Below, one piece after another: positions 35,766 through 48,300 of a DNA stretch of 51,648 nt. A program made the position numbers and the translations under genes. Origin of the DNA: Folioceros fuciformis (taxonomy: Eukaryota); the NCBI GenBank assembly GCA_049999805.1, contig JBNGIO010004087.1:1-51648 (forward strand), given 5' to 3'. Below the pieces are notes generated by a model that did no database searches, had not been told where the DNA came from, and saw nothing but the letters and a program-made list of their open reading frames with translations. How positions within the stretch are numbered: position 1 is the stretch's first letter; each line of letters opens with the position of its first letter.

Positions 35766-36615
35766 TCACAATTTGTCGAGCTGGTCCAAATCAATAGTGG
35801 ACGGGAACCTAATCTGCTGAGGTTCGGACGTCATCACAGCCTGAAGGGTCTTGTAATTGACCTCAAAATGGGTGGGCTTGTACTGAGACACCGTCTTCCT
35901 GTCCAAGCTCTTCCGTATCATACTCCTGACCACAGGGAGAGCATCCTCCCGTACAGATATCAAATCCCCGCAAGATACCTGATAGCTAGCCACATTAACA
36001 ATCTGGCTGTTGACACAAATCTTCTTGTGACTGATCAACTGCCTTGCCTGTGGCATGGTGGAGCAAAAGCCGAGACGCACCAAGCTCCCGTCCAGTCGCT
36101 TCTCCAAGTTATACAGTAGAGCAGTCTTCTTATCCAAAACGGTTTCCGTCTTATTCCTGTGCAGCTTCCTGATAGGCGCATCCCCGTAGAAATCAGAAAG
36201 CTTCCTTGTCGTCTCCAGTTGCTTGGCGAACTCCGATTGCTTAGGTTTCCTCTTCGGCGGCGGGGCCTCCGGAACCATGGCACCCTGAGCCCCACCACCC
36301 CCGGCATTCCCACGCCCGATTCCCCCAGCCTGCAACAAACCAAGCAACCAAACTGGTTTGGCCAAAACCGGTACAACTCGACGACCATCACGTGAGCTGC
36401 AGCTACAGGCACGGGCCACTCACCGAGTCACTGGTATCAGACACGCCCTCCTGGGCGCCAGCAAAAGTTGCAAACCCTTCCACCAGCTGGTGCAATCCCC
36501 AGGAAGAAGCGCACCGCGCAGGACAACCATCCCCGATTGCTCCAGCCACACTAAGCTGCTTGCCGGCATGGAAAAGCCCGTGGCGGGCCAGAAGAAGTCC
36601 CTTACTCGCCTGCAT
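35766..36615 (-). CDS. rps4: Nuclear-encoded mitochondrial ribosomal protein S4 with acquired N-terminal presequence, 2 exons
   Basis: Exon 1 36615-36424 (64 codons, MQASKGLLLARHGLFHAGKQL..), phase-0 GT-AG intron, exon 2 36329-35766 with KLSDFYGDAPIRK, LLYNLEKRLDGSLVRLGFCSTMPQARQLISHKKICVN, KPTHFEVNYKTL and EPQQIRFP..IDLD, typical of bryophyte mitochondrial Rps4. Confidence 0.9.
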
Positions 36616-37307
36616 CTTCGACTTCACGCTCTGCCCTAAATGCCCGTTCCGACCGACAGTCCCTCTGGATCCAACGGCCTGCACCTGCAGCGGTCCTCCA
36701 CCTCCTTCCCTCGGCACATGGGGTGAACCCCGGAGTCTTCACATTCCCCAGGGCGTCACTTCCAAGTCAGCCTCAGCCCTGTCGCGTCTCCTCCGGTACC
36801 CGTTTCCTGGAACGCCCTAGCCCAGTCCTCCCACCCGGAGATCCGCCAGACGTATCAAAGGGAGCCCTAAAACTGCGCGCTTCGCACGTCCCCCACTCCT
36901 CGTCACGAAAGGTCATTCACACTGGCGTAGTCGGTGGTGTCTACACGTTCTTCCCTGCCCTGCCCTGCCCTGCCCTGCTCGCACGGTGTACAAACATCAC
37001 ACCACTGTTATCCGCTGATAGATTGTCCGGAATTTCTCCCTGTTCCTTTTCCACGGATCCGCTGACAGATGTGTCTTCCTGCTGAACTGCCCTCTAACAC
37101 TTTCGCACGTGAGAACGGGGTTCAAGGTTATAGCCACCTATGCTACGTGAATAACCCACTCTTAACAATGGGTCTCATATACACAACTTTGTTATTTCAT
37201 TTTAGGTATAAACTTAGGATATTAATATTATATAATCATATTATTATTGTTATTATTTACTTAAATAAAATAACACAACCCAAATGTAAATTTTTACAAA
37301 TTTTAGG

Positions 37308-37841
37308 ATGTTGACTTCTTTTGCTACAAAGGCAATTGCTTCAGCATGGTGTGCTCCTTGTCCTTGGACTAGGATCCCATCTTGGAGATTTTTTGTTCAA
37401 TCCTATCATGAGAAAGTTGTAGAGCATTACAACAATCCGCGCAATGTTGGTTCATTTGATAAGGAAGATCCAAATGTTGGAACCGGTTTAGTGGGAGCCC
37501 CTGCTTGTGGTGATGTTATGAAATTGCAAATAAAGGTGGATGAAAAAACTGGCAAGGTTGTTGACTCATGCTTTAAAACTTTCGGATGTGGGTCTGCGAT
37601 TGCCTCCTCCTCTGTAGCCACAGAATGGATCAAAGGGAAGCCTATGGAAGAGGCCTTGACCATAAAAAACAGTGATATTGCCAAACATCTTTCCTTACCC
37701 CCTGTCAAGCTTCATTGTAGTATGTTAGCTGAAGATGCCATTAAAGCTGCGGTCAAGAACTATCAAGAGAAAAAGGCCAAGAGGCAAGATGAACCACCCA
37801 ACAATTCCCATGGTGGTTCCAAGACAAATCCAACATCATAG
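37308..37841 (+). CDS. ISU1: Mitochondrial Fe-S cluster scaffold ISU/IscU, intronless
   Basis: YHEKVVEHYNNPRNVGS, GAPACGDVMKLQI, FKTFGCGSAIASSS and LPPVKLHCSMLAEDAIKAA (three Cys and LPPVK intact); N-terminal presequence. Confidence 0.93.
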   Translation: MLTSFATKAIASAWCAPCPWTRIPSWRFFVQSYHEKVVEHYNNPRNVGSFDKEDPNVGTGLVGAPACGDVMKLQIKVDEKTGKVVDSCFKTFGCGSAIASSSVATEWIKGKPMEEALTIKNSDIAKHLSLPPVKLHCSMLAEDAIKAAVKNYQEKKAKRQDEPPNNSHGGSKTNPTS

Positions 37842-39204
37842 TAATGTCATAGTGAGAGTTTCACACTCAGCCAACCATCTCTAATTGCTTTTTTCTATCT
37901 TGATTATTATTCAGAACAATAGGACATTATTGTACCATTGCCAATACTTTGTGCTTGTACTTGCTAGTAGTATAGTGTTTTCTTCATCTCATACAAACTT
38001 TGAGTATGGTTCATAACTAATTTTATTTTGTATGAATAATAATTTAATTATATTTTACATTGGTACATAGATGTAAGTAAAGCTAAAAAACACTTGAGCT
38101 AAAGAAATTTGGGGTTCTTAGACCTATGAATCACATCTTGTTGAAATAAACAAATTTGATGTTATAATTTTTGTTCATAATTACACAATACAAACACTAT
38201 ATAATTAAATTGCACTTTCCTCAACATGATACCAAATTAAAAGTAAGGCTAGTGATACATAGAAAAAAGTGCAAGGAAAATTTTTATGTGAAGAAAGAAA
38301 GAATGGAGGAAACTAGTAAAGTATTAAGGTACAAAAATATGGAACATAATAGTATATACAGCTCTTATTCAAGCCTAAATGTATGTCAATCCTAGGGAAG
38401 GCTTGTACTCCTGTCTATAAATATATTAAAAATAATCATAATTCTATCTTAACTATATTTGATCATAAAAATATTATTTTTTTTAAAAACATTAGAATTA
38501 TTTTTTAGTTTACAATACGTCTTGAAGATGGTTGGAAAGGTATATATATCATAGATGAAAATATTATTATTTTGATACACGTCATACATCATGGATTAAA
38601 ATATTATCATGTTATTGTACTTCATATATTATGGATTAAAGTATTATTATTTTTAATAAGATACCAAAATAATAATTTTTTTATACATATGGAAGATATT
38701 GCTCTTCAAACAAGTATGTAGATAAATGTTTAAAATTAATGTTTTTGGAACTTGTTTGAATATCCATGGATGTAGGTTTATTAGAACTAGCATGTGTTTT
38801 ACTAAATTATTAAATGTAATGTATCACTTTAAGTAAGGAAAAAGAATGGTGAAACACAATGACATCTCAAGTTAGGTAAATATACAACAATCACTAGTTG
38901 AATTGAAAAGGGAAAATAATTAGTTCCTTTTCAAGCTACAATCATATTACAAGTTCATGAGGGGATCACCATAACCTAAAAAAAAAAAAAGTTAAATTGT
39001 TGTTGCATGCATCTTGTGCTAATGCCAAAGTAATACTACTTCATAGATGAAGAATAAGAATTAGAGAAAGAGAGATAGTAGGATCTACTCATTGTCAGCT
39101 AATCCATTATTGGTTTCAAAGAAAAATATTCTTTCATCCTAGGTTTTAGATTACTTATCCTTGACTTAATTCTCAATAGATGGAAGGCTATAAACAAGTT
39201 AATT

Positions 39205-39350
39205 GAAAGCTAGTAGATGTACTACATTAATTTAAAATTAGTCATGAAAGTTAGTAGATGTACTACGGTTAGTTTGAAATTAGTCATGAAAGCTAGTAAA
39301 TGTATTATTATGTTAATTTAAAAATTAGTCATGCTATTAAAAACTAGTCA
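39205..39350. repeat. ~42-bp AT-rich tandem repeat, 3 copies
   Basis: GAAAG(C/T)TAGTAGATGTACTAC..TTA.TTT.AAATTAGTCAT repeated inside an AT-rich block at about 37900-39700. Confidence 0.75.
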
Positions 39351-40695
39351 TGCTAGGACATAGAGAGCAGAGCACGGTTGCCCAACGTGTCCTTTCATGG
39401 AAGAGACTTGGAAAGAAAAAAGAGAGTTGCATGGTAGCCATAGTTGGTGAAGTACATAGTACTCTCTATTTTGTCCTCCTTACATCTAGATCTATTATAA
39501 AGAACTCAAGGCCTTTAGATCTATCCACCCCCTGAGAAAATATGAGTATGAAATAGTTATCATATTATACTGAAATATACTAAATAAATAATATACTAAA
39601 TAAATAAGAATAAATAATTATGGTATGTTAAGCTATATATATCTATGTGTTAAGATAGAAGACTAATTAGTACGTGAAACATGGTAAAACTTGTAGAAGG
39701 CATACAAGGGACTCAAGAAGGCTGACCTAAAGGAGCAGATGCAGCAAGGAAGTACGGAGGGACGAGCTAACTAAACTAAAGGTTTGTGACTACGGTTGCG
39801 GACAGATGGGGTTTGCATATGAACGGGATAAACGTATCGGGCTTGGTTAGCTGGTAGGAGTCGGGTGACATGAGGTGTGGTTGTTTTGTTTTGGGCCGTG
39901 AAGGAGCAAAAAGAGGGGTTTTCCAGCTAGATGGAGCGGGGTTATTTATGATATGAGCCGAAGCTGGGTTTGGGGCCCTTGCTGTGTCTCTGGCTGGCTG
40001 GCTGGCTGGCTCTTGTCTTCTCTTCCCTTCCTGGCTGCTTGTTCTCTTGCCTGCTGGTCTGAGAGGCAGCAACATGAGGCATGACCTCAGGACATGACCA
40101 TTCGTCCAAACCCTGCAGCAGCATCTAAGCAAAGGCAGCAGCAGGTAACGACTAAACTGCGTCCAGCAGCGGCAGCGGGCCTCATTCACAGGCGGGGCCT
40201 CGGATCATAACCCCTGCTGCTCTGCTGCTCCACGATTCTGGCCACGGCCGGCACAGCCTAGCCCAGCCCAGCCCAGCCGACCCGAGCGTGTGCAGGATTC
40301 GGGTCTCCCGGGGAGTGTGTGCTGGCACGGAGGCCCTCCGCGGCCGCGCGCTCTCTGTTTTAATTTTGCTGGATTTGGCAGCTTAGGTGGGCTTAGGCCC
40401 TCCCTCTGCTATCGCCTCTGCTGCCTTCTGCCTGCTGCCTGCTGCTGGTGCTGTTGCTGCTGCCGCTGCAACCCAGCCAGGGAGCACGCAAAGGAGCCAT
40501 TGGGTGTGCCTTGTGCTCCTCGTTCGCGTGTCGAAGGAGGAAGGATTCAGGTCTGGTGGATCTCGCGGGAGCCGCTGCCGGAGCTTGGAGATTGCAGCAC
40601 CAGGATTGCGGAATATTGGTAACTGGCCCGAATTGCTCCTCTCTGGGTTTTGTGCCATGTGCGCATTGCGGGGATGGTGCAGACTGCGGGTTGAG

Positions 40696-40736
<41 letters not shown>
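40696..40736. repeat. Poly(A) tract of 41 nt
   Basis: Seen directly, in the region 5' of the HAC coding sequence. Confidence 0.95.
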
Positions 40737-40738
<2 letters not shown>

Positions 40739-41414
40739 GCTGGGGCTGGAATTGGACTTGCTCTCCGCTTTGCAAGATGCGGGATGCTGCCACCTATGCC
40801 TCACTCGCACCCGCCCGCCGTTGTCGCTTTTGAGGCGTCCACTCACCTGTTTGCACTGGTGTGTGCGCAGATCCTCTTCCAGAACCGCGGCCTCCTCTGC
40901 GACTGTCACCGGCCCCTCCTCCTCCTCACCCTGCTGGCCTCACCGTCCTAATTCTCCATAGTGTATGAACACCGCTGGGCTGGAGAGTGCTGCTTGCATC
41001 CCTTCGGAGCTGACGCAATCATCATCCATTTCTCTTCTCTGCCGATTGCACCTTTCCTTGCCTTTCTCACTTCTCCATCCCTAGGACCTTCCCCAGCGAC
41101 TCACCTCCTACCAGCCTTATCTGACGCCTTTCACCTACTCCGTTGAGTTTCTGTTGCTCACCGTCCTGTTTACAGCTGCCAGGTGTTCCTTTGATCTCTG
41201 CATCCTTGTTTGTCAGCAATTCCTTCCCCTGCATCCCTGCTCCCTGATATCTAGATCTTCTGCTCACGGCTTACACCCCTAGCTATTGTTGATTTGTTCC
41301 CGATTGCTTCCAGCCTCTGCACGATCCCACGCTGCTGTTTGCCCCCTCTAGGTTGCGGTGCACTTGCCTCGCATGGTGTATCGTTGTGGCGTATCTGGGT
41401 TGGCTCTTTGCCAT

Positions 41415-41716
41415 CCTGCCACGCCTCGTGTTGTCTGTTGGGATGGATTCTGGCTCATTGAGTGAGAGTGAGAAGTGCTCAACTGTTGGATTTAGGGTCC
41501 CTCCTTGCTCCTGAATGTTGCCCTTGGGTGCCGATCAGCTTTTGAAACCTGTTCGCTAGTTTTAACCTGCCACGCCTCGTGTTGTCTGTTGGGATGGATT
41601 CTGGCTCATTGAGTGAGAGTGAGAAGTGCTCAACTGTTGGATTTAGGGTCCCCCCTTGCTCCTGAATGTTGCCCTTGGGTGCCGATCAGCTGTTGAAACC
41701 TGTTCGCTAGTTTTAA
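41415..41716. repeat. Near-perfect 151-bp tandem duplication
   Basis: CCTGCCACGCCTCGTG...GTTCGCTAGTTTTAA at 41415-41565 and 41566-41716; I see 2 substitutions. Confidence 0.9.
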
Positions 41717-42316
41717 CTAGGTCAGTTCAGTGTTCGAAGAAGGAATCTTCGATGGCGCTGCGCCACTCTCCTCGCATGCATTTCTGCAACGAGAATGAAC
41801 AGTACATCAAGCAGACTCATGATCCTAGAATTTGCATGCTGTGGGTGAACCTGTGTGATCGACCATTGATTGCAAGGGGATCTGTGGATGTCTGTGTTTC
41901 CCTCTCTAAATTTCTGTATGCTTGTTGACAGGAATCAAGCTGAGAGAACGCCTTGGCGCGTCTGGCAAACTCTGGCCGACGCTTCCCTCCCTTTCGTTGG
42001 AGGATCCACGTCCAGAGTTCTTGAATGTATGAACACAGCTGTCGGTGGATTCCTGACTCGAGATCATGGAAGCACGACAGCAGAATATCGTCCTCTTTCT
42101 TTTCAGTTTCATCCTCTGTTCAATCTAGTTACTTTTGGTCACTGTCTGACGGAATGTAGGTGTAGGAGGTTCTGTACTGGGTAATGGGGTGAAGTTCATC
42201 TGAAAGTTTCTGCAGGCACACACCATGGTGTTATGGTGTTTGGCAATTAGCTGTAGGAAGTACAGTAGTTGCCCTTTATGTTATCATAGTTGATAAGGGG
42301 GTTAAGCTGGACAAAG

Positions 42317-45300
42317 ATGCAGACACAGGCTCAGGTTCCTGGGCAGGCACCTAACCAGGCAACTCGTGTGCAACAGAACGCAAGTTCTGTCTTGTCTCAG
42401 AGTGGGAATGTTGTGGGCAGCTTTAAAAAGGCTTGGCATACGGAGCAGGATGTTTCGCTGCGCCGAGGTGTTTGTGAACAGATGTAAGCACATAGTCTCT
42501 CTCATCCAGCATGTGTGATGACAGGACTTATTTGAAGTAGCTCAGACTCATCGGATGCAGAGCCTGGCTGAGGCTGTTTGATATTTCCTGAGATTTCAAA
42601 TGGCAGTGGTTGTTTGACACATCTAGCCTTTGCTCCCATGCAACAAGATTTCTGTAGTGGTTGTTGTATCTTAATGTGATGCCCCTGTTTGTTAGCAGCA
42701 ATGTAGTTCGATTGTCCTCACCTTGGGTTTTGCTGGTTGTGAAACAGTCTCCAGCTATTTAAGAAACGGAAACCAATCGTGACCTCTGACTTCCAACAGA
42801 AGCTACCAGATTTTGTGAAACGCCTGGAGGAGGCCTTGTATCTCAATGCCGGATCAAAGGTACGGCCCTGTCAAGTGATCAGGACAGAGACTTCCATGTT
42901 TCTCTTTCCTTTGGCCTTTAACTGTTTTCCTTGTCTCATTGTGCAGGAGGAGTACTCAGACATAAACACGCTGGAGACGCGACTTCACGCTGTGGCACAA
43001 AGCTTTCCAGCTAAGACCCAGCATCTGCCTAATATGGTACCTAATCCAGCCAGTGCAAGCACCATGATGCCAACCCCTGGGACAACTATGATGCCAACCC
43101 CAGGCGGTGGCACTGTGATGATGTCTGGTGGAAACGGGCTAAATTCATTGCAGGCACCAGGGAACGGACATGTTTTGTCTGCAATAGGGTCTGGAGGCTC
43201 CAAAGTCGCTACCTCAGGGTCAGGGGGTTTGATGATGCCCACTCCTGGTATAGGTTCCATGATGCAAACTGCAGGTAATGGCACTGTGATGCAAGCAGGG
43301 AATACTGTTATCCAGTCTCCTGGAGGTATTGGAGGTTTGGTGCAAGGGGGTAATATGGGTGCACCTGTGCATTCAAATAACCTCAGTACAGGTGCTATGA
43401 GCAAGATGATGCAAGCAACAGGTCACGGAAATAGCATGTTTTCTAATGCTGGAAGCACCATCCTGTCAAATTCTGGTCACCCAAACTCTCTGACCAGCCA
43501 GCAAGTTTACAGTGGCATGAGGATTGCCCCGACCCAAGTTGCACCAGGAATGAGTATGCCCCAGACAGGCAGTCAAATGATTCCCACACCAGGTTTAACG
43601 GGCTCCCAGTCTGTGTCCCCTTCTGTTGGTGGATTGACCATGGCTAACTCAGGGTCCCAGCAGCATTACACTGCACCATCGTCACAGGCATATCGAACTT
43701 TGAATGGGCAGCTGCCATCGAATGTGAATGGTAGCCTGCAACGAAAGAACTCGCTGGGAGTTCCTGGAATGAACAGTGGCGTCCAGATGATGCCCAATGG
43801 ACAGCACTTAAGTCTAGGTGCAAATGTGCATAATGCTGCTGGCTACGTAAATGCAGGGCAGTTCAGCAATATGTCATCCCAGCAGCAGCCAGTTCGCGTT
43901 GCTCAACAGCGCCAATCACAACTACGACTGCCAGGTTCTTTCTCTTTCAGTATGATTGAGTGAGTGATCACGTTATTTGCTTAAATCTACATTGTCTGAC
44001 TCTGACCAATCATGCAGGTAATGGATATTCCATGAATCATTCAGACATGAATGGGTCAGGCGGTTTGTTTCCTGGCACTCCATCCTCCGGCTTAGTTGGA
44101 GGGAACATGAACCTTTCATCAATGGTGTCGCAACCATCAAAGATGATACCAGTACCTGGCTTGCCTCAACAGCAGGGAATTCTTCAACAGCAGTTACAGC
44201 AACCTCAGCCCCAGCCCCAGCAGCCGCACATCCAGGCAACTAGTATGCAACAGAATATTGGTGGGATGAACAGGGGCCAGCAGCTACCTTTGCAGATGTC
44301 CAAGAGTCAGGGAATGTTTCAACAGGTATCAACAGTTTCAGGGCAAAAGCAGGGTGGGCTGATGGATCAGTCACAGCAGTCCATGGCATTTCAACAAGCT
44401 TCATCTGACCAACATCATCCTCCCCGTGGACAGATGCCTTTGTCGCAATCCCAGCCATTGCAACCGCTTCAGCACCAGGGCATGCAGCAGAACATGAGTC
44501 AACATTTGCAACTGAGGCAGCTACAACAGCCACGGCTCCAACAGCAGCTGCAGGCTCAGCAGCAGCACCAGCAGCAACAGCTTCCTCAAGTACAGGCACA
44601 GCATCCGGCAATCTCATCACAGCAGCAACAGTCTGTGCCTGTTCAGCCAACACAAGGCCAGTCGCAGATCCATCAGCAATCACAACAGGCACAGTCTCTT
44701 CCTCAGCTGCCAGCAGAGCACCAGCAGTCACAGCAAACGCAGGTGCCGCAGTCTCTGATTGCACATCCAACCCTTGCACAACGTCCTTTACGGCAGAGCC
44801 AGCGTTCCTTCGCTCAAGGGCACCAAGTACTGCAGCGGCAGCACATTTTGCAAGACGGAGGACAGCTGCAGCAGTCGCACGTGCAGCTACAGCAGCCAGT
44901 GTCATCATCAAGTATGATGATGACACCTGGCGATGAGAATATGAATGATGATGGGAGTGGCTCTGTTAGTGTCAATGAGAGTGTGGGCGGAAGTGTGAAT
45001 GGCAATGGTGACGGAATCGGAAGTAGTTCTGGGATCGGAAGTAGTTCTGGGAATGGCAATGGCAATGTTAATGGTAGTTTTAACGCCAGTACCAACACAC
45101 CTGAACCTGGACCTGAACCTGGAACTGGAACTGGAACTGGGCCTGGATCTGGGCCTGGATCTGGACCTGGATCTGGACCTGGCCCTGGGCCTGGCAATGA
45201 AAATGTCCACCCAGTTCCAGGACCTGATGTGCGAGATCAGCGAACACTACAGTACACCAAGCAAAGAAAATGGCTCCTGTTCTTGCGCCATGCTAGCAAG

Positions 45301-48300
45301 TGCCAGGCTCCTGAAGGGCTATGCCCAACAACTCCACATTGCCATGTTGCCCGGCAACTGTGGGCACATCTCTGCTCTTGCCGACTTGAGCGGGACTGCA
45401 CGTACACAAGGTGCACTGCGTCCAGGACCTTGGTTCGCCATTATCAGCAGTGCAGGGAGCCACGGTGTCCTGTGTGTGCTCCTGTCCGGCAGTATCTTCA
45501 ATCACAACCCAGGCCTCAGTCCTCTGGACAGGTGCAACTAGGGCAAAATCAGGCTTCTTTGTCGTCTCCCCAAACTCCGGGACAGGTTACTGTGGGATCC
45601 CCTTCTATGGCTGTCACGTCCGCAGGGTCAATTCCTCTCACAAGCCTTCCTCCAGTGTCACCACAAGTTGGAACTGCAACACAAGGTGTGGACATCGATG
45701 GTCCACCACCTGCTAAGCGGGTGAAGGTCGAATCCCCAGGGATACAGCACCAGTTAGGTCCTTCTAGCAAGCAGGTACTGACAGCTTCGAATCTGCTGAA
45801 CCCTGTGCCACGTTCTCAAGGTGTGAAGCTGGAAGGAAATCCATCTATGAAGACAGATCTGGGACCACTTTCACTGCGAGCAGACTCCCACGTGGGTAAT
45901 GCACAGCGGCAAAAACAGCCAAGTAGTCTTGGGCCTAAGCCTGATTCTGAAAGTACAAGTACATCTGGAACTCAACTGGTTAATATAAAAGCAGAGCCAG
46001 GCAGTGTGTTTGTGAAGCAACCGCAAGGAGCTCCAACAGCCCCAGCCACTCAAGTGGCACCTGCCAACTCTGTAAAATCAGGGAAACCGAAAATTGTCGG
46101 TACTTCTTTGACTGAACTATTTACACCCGAACAGATCAAGGAGCACATAGCAGGTTTACGACAATGGGTTGGCCAGGTAAGGCCCACGCTCTCCCTTTTC
46201 TTGAAGCTGGAAACCACTTTCAATGCTTACCCCCAAATAAGCTCTACAAAAGTGGGTTCCTTCGGGTCTTTACTGTGCCTGGTGGTTGAAATGCAGAGTA
46301 AGGCAAAGGCAGAAAAAAATCAAGCAATGGAGCAGAAGATGACCGAGAATTCATGTCACCTTTGTGCAGTGGAGAAGCTGACTTTCGAGCCCCCTCCAAT
46401 TTATTGTACAGCATGTGGTGTCCGCATTAAGCGGAACAGCAGCTACTACACGTTATCAGCCGGAGAGACTAAGCACTACTGTTGTACAGCTTGCCACAAT
46501 GAATGTCGGACTGAAAATGTTGAGTTGGATGGTATTAGCTATCCAAAAATAAAACTTGAGAGACGAAAAAATGATGAGGAAACTGAGGAAGCAGTAAGCA
46601 CAGTTAACAGATCAATGTGTATTGTAATACCGTATGACATGTCGTCAATTTTAATATGCTTGCACGTATTGATACCTTTCGTTGGTTTGTTGTTGATTGT
46701 GCAGTGGGTGCAATGTGACAGTTGCAATTTATGGCAACATCAAGTTTGTGCTCTTTTCAATGGTCGCCGGAATGAAGGAGGTGACGCAGAATACATATGT
46801 CCTCAGTGCTTGTCAAGTCAAATGGAAAACGGGGATAGAAAGCCCTTGCCACCATCTGCTGTTCTTGGTGCAAAGGACATGCCGAAGACTTTTCTTAGTG
46901 ATCATCTTGAGAGCAGGTTAGCAAGGAAACTTGATGAGGAGCGTCAGGAGCGTGCTAGATTTGCTGGCAAGTCCAAAGAGGAGGTAATTTTTTTTTTTAA
47001 ACATCTATTCTAGATACGAATTGCTGCCACAAGGAGAAGATGCAATTTGAAAGCGTATTGTCTTGAGAGTATTGAGGTTTCTGACTTCTAAGATGTTGCA
47101 TTTTGTGTTACTTGCTTGGCTAATCAGGTTCCTGGAGCAGAAGCTTTAGTTGTCAGAGTTGTTTCTTGCGTGGACAAGAAGCTAGAAGTTAAACAGCGGT
47201 TCTTGGAGATGTTCCAAGATGAAGACTACCCCTCGGAGTTTCCCTACAAGTCAAAGGTCAGCGTGTGGCAATAATGCCCGTATCACTCATTCTGGACCAG
47301 GAAATCATTTATCCATGCCTTGACGTTTCTCCGTTGTGATGTATCCTGATCCCCTAGTTTTGTGTGCAGGTGATTCTACTTTTTCAAAAGATTGAAGGGG
47401 TCGAGGTTTGCTTGTTTGGCATGTACGTACAGGAGTTTGGGGCGGACTGTGCACACCCCAATCAGAGGCGAGTGTATCTTTCGTACCTCGACTCTGTTAA
47501 GTACTTCAGACCAGATGTGAAAACAGTGACAGGCGAAGCACTTCGAACGTTTGTCTACCATGAAATATTGGTGAGTGTTTGTACATCATATGTGAGCTAT
47601 TCTCACGCTCTGAGTGTGACAATCTGATGTCAACCGTGGTGTGCAGATAGGGTACCTAGAGCATTGTAAAAGGCGTGGGTTCAGTAGTTGTTATATCTGG
47701 GCCTGCCCTCCTCTTAAAGGAGAAGATTACATTCTCTACTGCCATCCTGAGATTCAAAAGACACCGAAGTCTGATAAGCTTCGAGAGTGGTAAGCCTTTG
47801 TAGTCTGCAGTCAGTGTTCCACTCGACTTCATGCCTTCAGTTCGCTAACTAATTGACCTTATGCCATCAGGTACCTGACCATGCTGAAAAAAGCAGCTCA
47901 TGAATCAATTGTTGTGGAGGTCACAAACCTGTACGACTATTTCTTTGTTTCACAAGGAGAAACTAAGGCCAAGGTTACTGCTGCAAGATTGCCATACTTT
48001 GATGGGGATTACTGGCCTGGAGCTGCCGAAGACATGATCCTGCAGCTTCAGCAAGAGGAGGAAGATGGGCGCAGACTGCAAAAAAAGGGCAAACCTAGGA
48101 AGATGACAACTACGAAGCGGAACGCAAAAGTTGGTGGTCAGGCTGAACTGCCTAGCAATGCTTCTGACGACACTCGGCTAATGCATAAGGTAATGCTTTC
48201 ATTCCCATCGTCTCGATAAAACTTCGTGAAATTTGGTATGGTATCTGTCATGGGGTGTCATCTAGACCTGCCTCATCTCTCTGCGATATTGACACTGATC

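Noticed and set aside
24015-37841. Operon-like cluster of RNA-modification and organellar genes (AlkB, TrmH, tRNA, rps4, ISU)
   Set aside because: Mixed orientations, unrelated genes in between and no shared pathway; expected by chance in a compact genome unless synteny shows otherwise
40696-40736. Poly(A) as the tail of a LINE/SINE or retrocopy, and the poly-K/F ORFs across it
   Set aside because: No target-site duplication or element body is recognisable; the ORFs are artefacts of the homopolymer
44240-45541. Antisense and alternate-frame ORFs inside HAC (poly-A/V, RS-repeat, LDLDL)
   Set aside because: Shadows of the Gln-rich and GP-repeat coding sequence
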